Position numbers and translations under genes: made by a program
NCBI GenBank assembly: GCA_965222375.1
Contig: CBDCTZ010000015.1
Coordinates: 704,001-768,000, forward strand
Reading direction: 5' to 3'
From: Polyangiaceae bacterium
Lineage (GTDB): Bacteria > Myxococcota_A > Polyangia > Polyangiales > Polyangiaceae
DNA: 64,000 nucleotides
Part shown: positions 18,850 to 26,779 of the stretch, in pieces
Layout: each line of letters starts with the position of its first letter
How positions within the stretch are numbered: position 1 is the first letter of the stretch
Notes under the pieces: generated by a model
Told to the model about the DNA's origin: nothing
Databases searched by the model: none
What the model saw: the letters and a program-made list of their open reading frames with translations, nothing else

Positions 18850-18956
18850 AAATCGCCGTCATTCCACCCTGAATGAAACAACTTGTTCGTGGATCGGAGG
18901 TTACGTGAACTTTCCTCGTGGTGTTTTCGCGCGAACGCTTTGGTCGGCCTAGACTC
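18849..18956 (+). mobile_element. 109-bp element copy 3
   Basis: Matches the other copies; carries the TTTCCTCGTGGTGTTTTCGC variant shared with copy 6. Confidence 0.8.
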
Positions 18957-19907
18957 ACGGATTGCTCGCCCTTTTCGTGCAGTTCGACTTCTTGTGGAGG
19001 CGCGTGCAGCAGCGAGGCCGAGTGCGCCGCCACAGCCTATTGCGATGGAAGCAATTGCATCCCCAAGGCAGACAGCGGAAAGCCGTGCGGCGAAAACAAG
19101 CAGTGCAAGACAGGATTCTGCGTCGATGGAGTCTGTTGCAATACGCCTTGCCTGGGGCAATGCGAAGCGTGTGATACCCAAAGCGCAGTGGGAACATGCT
19201 TGCCGGTGATCGGTGAGCCCCACGGCAGTCGAACTAAATGCGCCACCGGCAGTGCTGAAGAGGCCTGCGCGACGGCCCGTTGCGACGGGACTGTGCGGGA
19301 CGCCTGCGCCGGTTTTCTCGGCCCGGAAGTGAGTTGTCGACAAGCGACTTGCGTCAAGGGCGTCGCGATAACTTCGGCGGTCTGCGCCGGCAAGGGCAGC
19401 TGTCCGGCGCCAGATCTGCGACAGTGCGAACCCTTCGCTTGCGTGGGCGCAGCGTGCGCCAAGGCTTGCACCGTGGAAGCGCATTGCGCGGCCGGCTATC
19501 GCTGCGATGAGGAGACCGGACTCTGCCTGGCCATTGCGACCTGCATCGACGAGGTCACCTTGGATCCACCGGGTAGTGCGCCGCAGAGTTGTGTCCCCTA
19601 CCGCTGTCGGGGAGTTGCGTGCTTAAGCCAGTGCAACGGCGTTGAAGATTGCGCACCCGGCTTCTTGTGCAACTCCGACAATAGTTGCGTGAAGGCACGC
19701 CCTGACGAGGACGACGACGCCGGCGGTTGTGGCTGCCGAATTCGACCACGTCAGACGCCATCGGAGGCGGCTTGGTTGCTGCTGGCTTCAGTAGGGCTGG
19801 CCGCGCGACGACGTCGGTGGAGGATAGCCGGGCGCCCGCGCAACTCGAAGAATCCACGCGGCCCGGGCCACGCAAGTTCCATCGCCGCCCCTCGCGTCAC
19901 CCCCTAG
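18957..19907 (+). pseudogene. 5'-truncated Cys-rich MYXO-CTERM protein
   Basis: Starts mid-repeat (TDCSPFSC...) at the element end; CVDGVCCNTPC repeats; DDDAGGCGC...WLLLASVGLAARRRR tail. Confidence 0.8.
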
Positions 19908-19917
19908 GAACAACGGC

Positions 19918-20511
19918 TCAATACCAATTGCACCCCCCTTCGACGCAACCGCACGTGACCTTGTCCGGGGTACAGAAACAGTCTGCGTTGCCAGGGGAAA
20001 GGCCGGGGTTGTGGCACAGGTTTAGAGCGCATCCGCCAACAGAGCAGTCGGCGTCGACTTGGCAGGCGTCGTTGCCGTTCTTGACACACGCACCCACGGG
20101 CGCTGGCACCCGCGCCGTGCACCATGTGGAGTAGTCCACGCAGCAGCCACCCTCGCTCACGCAAGCGGCGTCGCAGCGGCAGCCCGGAGGCCCACTGCTG
20201 CCGCAACGCCCGGCGCAGCTATTGTCGCCGGTGATCTTCGGGTCCGGCTTCCAGGTCTTTCCTGCGGTGGCGGCCGAACCGCCGGTAGCGGTGCCCGAGT
20301 CTGGCGAACCGCCAGCAACCCCTCCGCCACCCGCGGAGCCAGCGCTGCCGGAATCCGGAGCGCCGGCCACCCCGCCGCTGGCAGAACCCCCGACGCCGGC
20401 GCCGCCCGCAAAGCCGCCAGTCCCAGCGGATGCGTCCGGCGTGCCGCGCGTCTCGGAAGTGCCACCGCAAGCCGTCATCAACAGCAGTGCAACCAGTTGG
20501 TGCTTCTTCAT
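19918..20511 (-). CDS. Gly-rich lipoprotein with a somatomedin-B-like Cys domain
   Basis: MKKHQLVALLLMTAC; SCAGRCG...CRCDAACVSEGGCCVDY. Confidence 0.8.
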   Translation of the reverse strand: MKKHQLVALLLMTACGGTSETRGTPDASAGTGGFAGGAGVGGSASGGVAGAPDSGSAGSAGGGGVAGGSPDSGTATGGSAATAGKTWKPDPKITGDNSCAGRCGSSGPPGCRCDAACVSEGGCCVDYSTWCTARVPAPVGACVKNGNDACQVDADCSVGGCALNLCHNPGLSPGNADCFCTPDKVTCGCVEGGCNWY

Positions 20512-20559
20512 GCCGGCGGACGGTAGCACGGCTCGCAGACGCGCCGGCCGGCAGGAGCC

Positions 20560-20669
20560 CGAATCGCCCGTCGTTCCAGCGTGAGTGAAACAACTAGATC
20601 GTGGATCGGGGGTTACGTGGACTTTCCACGCCGTGTTTCGGCGCGAACGCTTTTGGTCGGCCTGGACTC
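20560..20669 (+). mobile_element. 109-bp element copy 4 (diverged left third)
   Basis: CGAATCGCCCGTCGTTCCAGCGTGAGTGAAACAACTAG aligns to the consensus with several substitutions; the remainder is close to consensus. Confidence 0.78.
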
Positions 20670-20767
20670 CAAGGCGCGCTGCAACCACGGCTCCGCGGAT
20701 CCGCGCTGCGTCATCGGCGCGAAGGCGCTCCTCCGCCGGCACGCCGCTTGCTCTTGTCCATTGTACG

Positions 20768-21431
20768 ATGGGCAATTCCGGACGCCGCGGCGTAATTTCC
20801 GTGTGGCTAGCGTGCCTCACTGTGGCGGGATCGGCCCGAGCGGAAGGCACACCACCTCCGACGCATGCGTTTCCGCCCACGCCCGAGCCCGCAAAGCCAA
20901 ACGGGCGCAGCCCACCACCTGCCATGCCTCCGCCGACTCCAGGCCAGCCGAATCGCTGGGACCGGGACGACCTGCTGGAAGTGCATCTTGGACTCGGGAC
21001 GCCGTACGGATTCATCGGCGTTGCCTACGAACGTGACTTGGCCAGGTACTTCGGTTTCGTAGTCGGCGGCGGTATGCGGTCCGAAGGAGGCCAAGCAGCC
21101 GCAGGCGTCCATGCGCGCATACCCTTCACCTCAATGGCGCTCGGCTTCGAGTTGATCTGGTCTGGTGGCCCGTACGAGTGGGACGACTGCATCCCCTACT
21201 GCCTGGACGACCACGACAGCAAGCGCTGGGACTTCGCCCACTGCATCAATATTGGTCCAGCACTGGAGCCGCGCTCAGCCGCAGGCTTCAATGCGCGCTT
21301 TCTACATGGGCCTCGGCCAAGTCCTGAACGAACCCGATTCCTGCTATGACGCCAGTTCGCGCGAGCACAAATGCTACGGCTCCAATCCGACCTTGTTCTT
21401 CCTCGGGCTCTCCTTGGGCACGGCGTTCTAA
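20768..21431 (+). pseudogene. Secreted/outer-membrane beta-strand protein, frameshifted near 21300
   Basis: Signal peptide ...AGSARAEG and amphipathic beta strands; the natural C-terminus (FYMGLGQ...LGLSLGTAF) lies in another frame. Confidence 0.6.
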
Positions 21432-21611
21432 GCGTGTTCCACCGGCGATTCCGCCCCACGTCGCGCGCCGGTGCGCGCAGACGAGCGTGGGAACGAGCTT
21501 GTTGCCCATTTGCTCGCTAGGCCATCATCGTGGAGAAGTTGGGGCGCTACGCCACTGCGCGTCCCGCGCGCGGTCGCTCGTGGCTGCGCCAACGACACTC
21601 GCGCAGACCCT

Positions 21612-22643
21612 TCAAGGGCCGCAAGGCTTATAAGCGCGGTCGAAAATCGCCTTGGCGATGGACTGGAAATCTGTGTCGAACGCTTGATCGCAGAGGTCGT
21701 GGGATTCACCACCTGTGCTGGTTGCCAGATTGATGTACTGGGTGCCAGCCGCCTTGGCCGGCGCGCACGATGGCGGACCTTTCAGGGCCACTATTGCGTG
21801 AAACCTGTAGTTGTTGAAATTCGGCGGGTCCAGCGCCTTGACTTGTTGGTCAAACGACGGCCCCGCCACGCTACCTTTCGCGTCGTCATCCGAGACGACA
21901 ATGAAGTGCCGCAATGACCCCGGGCGCAGCGCGCTCGCCCAACCCGGGTAGTCGGTCAGGATCACGTCCAAGGCGTTGCTTCCAATCGCTACAGGGCGGT
22001 GGAGGAAAAAAGGCGACTTCGTGTCGACAGGACAGGCGCCTGACCCAAGAGGTGCTGGGACGCAAATACCACCCGCGGCGGAATCTGCGGCGATCAGGAC
22101 AATGCGCCAGTCGAGCCCAGCAGCGTTGATTATTTGCGCGAAGTTCAGAGAAAGCTGCTGCTGAACGAACACCTTCTCCTCGGCCATGCTTGGCGACGTG
22201 TCCACTGCAAGCACGATGTCCGTCGTAAGCTTGGGCAAGCAGCTGGCGTCCGCAGGAGCATCAGGCCCCCCCGCATCGCTCACACCGCCCGAGCCGCTCA
22301 CACCGCCCGAGCCGCTCACACCCCCCGAGCCGCTCACACCCCCCGAGCCGCCCACACCACCGGCACCGCTCCCAGCAGCTCCCGCCGCCGCGCCGCCGCC
22401 GTCGGTGCTCGCGCCACCGGTGCCGCCTGCGCAGTCGCAGATGCTCCAGCCTTTGCCGTCGGCGTTGCACGATTGCCCACCTGGGCAAGCGCCCGGGCCG
22501 ACGCAGATGCGCGTTTCGTTCGGCTGACATATCTTGCCGTCGCCGCCGCTCGAGTCATCCCCGCCGCAGCTCGCGAGCAAGGCTGCGCCAAGCAGGCCTA
22601 GTGACCATGCGACCCGCTGCACGCGTCGGTATGCCCATTTCAT
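21612..22643 (-). CDS. vWA-domain lipoprotein
   Basis: LLASC lipobox, Gly/Ser linker with GGVSGS repeats, MIDAS-like DIVLAVDTSPSM and FIVVSDD. Confidence 0.8.
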   Translation of the reverse strand: MKWAYRRVQRVAWSLGLLGAALLASCGGDDSSGGDGKICQPNETRICVGPGACPGGQSCNADGKGWSICDCAGGTGGASTDGGGAAAGAAGSGAGGVGGSGGVSGSGGVSGSGGVSGSGGVSDAGGPDAPADASCLPKLTTDIVLAVDTSPSMAEEKVFVQQQLSLNFAQIINAAGLDWRIVLIAADSAAGGICVPAPLGSGACPVDTKSPFFLHRPVAIGSNALDVILTDYPGWASALRPGSLRHFIVVSDDDAKGSVAGPSFDQQVKALDPPNFNNYRFHAIVALKGPPSCAPAKAAGTQYINLATSTGGESHDLCDQAFDTDFQSIAKAIFDRAYKPCGP

Positions 22644-23295
22644 CCTTGCACCCTCGACTCCTAGCTGCCGCTCGTACCGGCTGAGCACTACGTTGGCGGC
22701 GCCCGCACCACCCGTCAACGATTGGATAGCCGAAAGCCCCCCTTGCAGCACGCGCGTAAAAGAATACTGCAAGACACGCTGCGATACGGCCCCGCAGATC
22801 CGCGCTCCGTCATCGGCGTGAGGGCGCTCCTTCACCGGCACGCTGTTCGCTCCTGTCCACTGCGCGAGTGCGGGCGGAAGTTGGTGGCGAATCGGAGCTC
22901 TCCCGGTCTCTCGAAGCTCTTCGTGGGCTGTACCAATCCTACGCCTCTTCGGGCGGTCGAGCCAGCCGTGCTGGCCCTCGCCAAAACGTGGTTGTCAGGG
23001 CGGGCGTACACGCGTGCGTGTCGCATACGTGACGCGTGAACGTGGAGGTCTTTGCCGAAAACCTGGCGCTGGCTGCGCAAAGATCGCCGCTCGAAGGAAA
23101 CGGAATCGACTTCTAGGGCGGTCGAATCCGAACCCCTCGCGACGAACGTCACCAGCGGACCGCCTCGCACCTCCCTTGACCGACCCGGGACAGCCGTGCA
23201 CACTACGCCGCATCCGTCATGAGGCGACTCGAATACAACCCGTCCAACAAACTGCGAATGCGGCACGCCTTTGCTTGTGGTTTGTGGGAGATGGT

Positions 23296-23377
23296 GGCCC
23301 GACGGAGTAGCGACTGAGTATTCTCAGCGACTGAAGCTCCGACGGGCCGCTCCTAGAAAGGCGGCCCGTTTCGTTTT
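23296..23377 (+). promoter_or_regulatory. Candidate attenuator (antiterminator/terminator) upstream of the RNA-repair operon
   Basis: GGCCCGACGGAG pairs with CTCCGACGGGCC; this overlaps the hairpin ACGGGCCGC/GCGGCCCGT followed by TTCGTTTT. Confidence 0.5.
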
Positions 23378-23432
23378 GTGCTTCGGGTCGTTGGGGCGGT
23401 CCGCTGGAGAGTTGGAGGAAGGCAGGGGGATC

Positions 23433-24230
23433 ATGCGACAAGAAGGAATCAAGGAAGTCTGGGACCTGCTGGACCGGCAGAGCCTCCGAGACCTGCTCGC
23501 CGAAGGGCCCGAGCCGCTGTTCGCGACCGTGAGCGGGGCGCACCTGTATGGGTTCGCGTCCGCAAATAGCGATGTGGACCTGCGTGGTGCGTTCGTGCTG
23601 CCCACCCGACAATTGCTGCGTCTTCAGCCGCCCACCGAAACTCTGACGATCGACCGTGTGACGGATGGCGTGGAGCTCGACTGGGTCGCCCACGACGTCC
23701 GCAAGTTCGCGAAAATGATGACGAAGCACAACGGGTACGTCCTCGAGCAGCTTTTCTCGCCCCTGGTTGTGACCGGCGGGGAGGAGTTCGACGAGCTACG
23801 CGAGCTCGGGCGCGGATGCATCACCCGGGGACTGGTGCGGCACTACCGTGGGTTCGCGCACGGCCGCCGCAAGCTGCTTCTAGAGCCCGGCGCGACGGTG
23901 AAGACGCTGCTGTACGCGTACCGGGTGTACCTCACGGGGATCTACACCCTCCGCACAGGGACCATCGAGGCCAATCTGCTCGAGCTCAACGAGGAGTTCC
24001 GTCTGTCGCAGGTGGACGAGCTGATCGCGCGGAAACGGGCCGGTGCGGAAAAGGCTGCCCTCGCTGAGGGCGAGGCGGAGTCGCACGCGACCGAGTTGGA
24101 TGCGCTCGAACGCAGGTTGGCTGAGGCGCATGAGGCAAGCTCTCTCGCCGAGTTGCCGACCACTGCGACTGCGCTCGACGACTTCGTCGTGCGCGTTCGC
24201 CTGCAGCGTCTGGAGCAGGAAAATGGCTAG
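23433..24230 (+). CDS. Pol-beta superfamily nucleotidyltransferase (YcgL/RlaP-like)
   Basis: SGAHLYGFASANSDVDLRG, NGYVLEQLFSP and KTLLYAYRV motifs. Confidence 0.88.
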   Translation: MRQEGIKEVWDLLDRQSLRDLLAEGPEPLFATVSGAHLYGFASANSDVDLRGAFVLPTRQLLRLQPPTETLTIDRVTDGVELDWVAHDVRKFAKMMTKHNGYVLEQLFSPLVVTGGEEFDELRELGRGCITRGLVRHYRGFAHGRRKLLLEPGATVKTLLYAYRVYLTGIYTLRTGTIEANLLELNEEFRLSQVDELIARKRAGAEKAALAEGEAESHATELDALERRLAEAHEASSLAELPTTATALDDFVVRVRLQRLEQENG

Positions 24231-25380
24231 GTTTGATCCCAATGCTGCCGCCATCTTCGTGGCTCTGTCCGGCAGCCATGCCCACGGCACGGCCAGATCA
24301 GACTCGGACGTCGATCTGCGTGGCGTGTGCGTGGCGCCGCTACAGGTCCGCCTGTCGTACCGGGACGCTTTCGAGCAGCACGAGGCTCCGCTCGAAGGGG
24401 AGCTGTGGCCACGGGTGCGCGCTGCGCTGCAACAACACCCTACGGCCGCCACTGCGATGGCCACGAAGGTGGAGTCTGCCCTCTTCGACCTCAGCAAGCT
24501 GGTGATGCTCTGCGCGAACGCCAACCCGAACGCGCTGGAAATCCTGTTCGCGGACAAGGGCGATTGGCTTTTCGCCACGCAGCTCTGGCGCCGCCTGCAC
24601 GCGGAGCGCCATCGATTTCTCTCAGCGAAAGTCGAACAGACCTACTTGGGCTACGCGCTATCGCAACTCAGGCGCATCAAGACCCACCGGTCATGGCTTC
24701 TGACCCCACCGGCGAAAGAGCCAACGCGAGCGAACTTCGGGCTGCCCGAGCAGGCGACGCTCAGCGCGGACGACCGCAACCGAATCGAGCAGGCCATTGC
24801 GGAAAAGGTGCGGAGTTGGGGCATTGACACGCTAGAGGTGTCGAAGGCCGACCGGATTGCGCTCAAGGCGCGCTTGACGGACCTCTGGTCAGACGTGCTC
24901 AGCTGCAGCGAGGACGACATTGACGCTCGCCAACGCGACGTTGCCGCAGAGAGCCTCGGGATCCCGCGCACGCTGTCGCGCACGCTGGACGCCGAACGGA
25001 AATACCGCGCCGCCCGCAGGCACTGGGAGTCGTACCTGCGCTGGAAGGAAGAACGCAATCGGGACCGAGCAAAGCTCGAGGCCGATTTCGGTTACGACAC
25101 GAAGCACGCTGCGCACCTCGTTCGTCTCATGCGCACCGGCATCGAGGTCCTCGAAACAGGCGATCTGAACGTCCGCCGCCCGGACGCGTCCCAGCTGCTG
25201 GAGATCCGCGACGGGAAATACGGCTACGACGAGCTGGTCGCAGAAACCGAGCGCCTCGAAGCGGCGATAAAAACCGCGGCGAGCAAATCGAATCTGCCGG
25301 CAGACGTGGATCACGCCGCGCTGGACGAGTTGCTGTTCGAGCTGCTGACGGAGTTCTACGACCGGAAGGAAGCGATCTAG
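24223..25380 (+). CDS. Second Pol-beta superfamily nucleotidyltransferase (YcgL/RlaP-like)
   Basis: GSHAHGTARSDSDVDLRG, ANPNALEILF and GYDTKHAAHLVRL motifs; overlaps the upstream stop. Confidence 0.88.
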   Translation: MARFDPNAAAIFVALSGSHAHGTARSDSDVDLRGVCVAPLQVRLSYRDAFEQHEAPLEGELWPRVRAALQQHPTAATAMATKVESALFDLSKLVMLCANANPNALEILFADKGDWLFATQLWRRLHAERHRFLSAKVEQTYLGYALSQLRRIKTHRSWLLTPPAKEPTRANFGLPEQATLSADDRNRIEQAIAEKVRSWGIDTLEVSKADRIALKARLTDLWSDVLSCSEDDIDARQRDVAAESLGIPRTLSRTLDAERKYRAARRHWESYLRWKEERNRDRAKLEADFGYDTKHAAHLVRLMRTGIEVLETGDLNVRRPDASQLLEIRDGKYGYDELVAETERLEAAIKTAASKSNLPADVDHAALDELLFELLTEFYDRKEAI

Positions 25381-25384
25381 TCTT

Positions 25385-26779
25385 ATGCTCCTTACCATTT
25401 CCACGACCCACCAGCCGGCCACCGACTTGGGCTTCCTGCTGTCGAAGCATCCGGACAAGTGCCAGTCCTTCGAGCTGAACTTTGGCAAAGCTCACGTGTT
25501 CTACTCGGAGAGCTCGAACGCGCGGTGTTCGGCGTCTCTGCTCGTCGACATCGATCCCGTTGCGCTCGTACGCGGGAAGAGCGATGGGGCGACGGGAACG
25601 CTGGCGCAGTACGTCAATGACCGGCCCTACGCGGCCTCGTCGTTCATGAGTGTGGCCATCTCTCAGGTGTTCGGCAGCGCGCTGAATGGGAAGAGCCGGG
25701 AGCGGCCAGAACTGGCGGCGACAGCCATCACGCTCGAAGCAGAGCTCCCAGTCGTTCCGTGTCGCGGCGGGGAGGAGCTGCTGCGCGCGCTGTTCGAGCC
25801 GCTCGGATACGAGGTCGATGCCAAGCGCCTCGACCTCGATCCCAACTTCCCAGATTGGGGAAGCAGCTCGTACTTCTCGGTGAAGCTGAACGCCGTGGTG
25901 CGCCTGCAAGAGCTGCTGTCGCATCTGTACGTGCTGCTGCCCGTACTCGACCATTCCAAGCACTACTACGTTTCGGAGGACGAGATCTCGAAGCTCGTCG
26001 CCAAGGGCGAGGGGTGGCTGAAGCAGCATCCGCAGCGCGAGCAGATCGCCCAGCGCTACTTCAGGCGCAAGCGGAGCTACGCGCGCCAGGCGCTTGCGCA
26101 GCTCGTGGCAGAGGGAGAATGTGACATTGACGCGGTCGACGAGGCGAAAGAGCAGGAAGAGAGCAAGCTAGAAAAGAAGATCCGCCTCAATGACCAACGA
26201 GTGGCGGCGGTCGTGGAAGCTCTGCGTGCAGCCGATACGCGCACTGTTGTCGACTTGGGCTGCGGCGAGGGCAAGCTACTTCAAGCGCTGCTTCGAGAGA
26301 AGTTCATCCAACGCATCGTCGGGGTGGATTTGTCCTGCCGCGCACTAGAGATCGCGCGCCGGAGACTGCACCTGGAGGAGATGGCCCCGCGCAAGCGAGA
26401 GCGCATCGAACTGCTCCAGGGGTCCCTCACCTACCGGGACGCGCGCCTATCGGGGTTCGACGCGGCTTGCCTGGTCGAGGTGATCGAGCACGTGGACGAA
26501 TCACGCCTAGGCGCGGTGGAGCGCACCGTATTCGAGTTCGCTCGTCCTCGCATGGTGATCGTGACCACCCCAAACATCGAGTACAACGTGCAATTCCCCG
26601 GTTTGGAGCCGGGTCGTCTTCGCCATCGCGATCATCGATTCGAGTGGACGCGAACGCAATTCGAGACATGGGCGGGCAAAGCCAGCCAACGCCACGGCTA
26701 TAACGTCCGGTTTTCGCCCATCGGCGACGTGCACGGACAATTCGGAGCACCGACACAGATGGGAGTGTTCACGCGATGA
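25385..26779 (+). CDS. hen1: 3' terminal RNA ribose 2'-O-methyltransferase Hen1
   Basis: MLLTISTTHQPATDLGFLLSKHP, YVNDRPY, DLGCGEG, EVIEH, TTPNIEYN and RHRDHRFEWTR motifs. Confidence 0.96.
   Translation: MLLTISTTHQPATDLGFLLSKHPDKCQSFELNFGKAHVFYSESSNARCSASLLVDIDPVALVRGKSDGATGTLAQYVNDRPYAASSFMSVAISQVFGSALNGKSRERPELAATAITLEAELPVVPCRGGEELLRALFEPLGYEVDAKRLDLDPNFPDWGSSSYFSVKLNAVVRLQELLSHLYVLLPVLDHSKHYYVSEDEISKLVAKGEGWLKQHPQREQIAQRYFRRKRSYARQALAQLVAEGECDIDAVDEAKEQEESKLEKKIRLNDQRVAAVVEALRAADTRTVVDLGCGEGKLLQALLREKFIQRIVGVDLSCRALEIARRRLHLEEMAPRKRERIELLQGSLTYRDARLSGFDAACLVEVIEHVDESRLGAVERTVFEFARPRMVIVTTPNIEYNVQFPGLEPGRLRHRDHRFEWTRTQFETWAGKASQRHGYNVRFSPIGDVHGQFGAPTQMGVFTR

Noticed and set aside
18918..18956. 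ORF-track starts inside the element (e.g. 18918, 60704, 20585, 62596)
   Set aside because: These N-termini (MFRRERFGRP, MTADL) are translations of the repeat itself, not native gene starts.
22276..22350. 18-bp tandem repeat
   Set aside because: It encodes a GGVSGS linker inside the vWA lipoprotein; ordinary low-complexity coding sequence.
23261..23275. Sigma54-like CGGCACGCCTTTGCT upstream of the RNA-repair operon
   Set aside because: The GG-to-GC spacing is 9 nt rather than the required 10.
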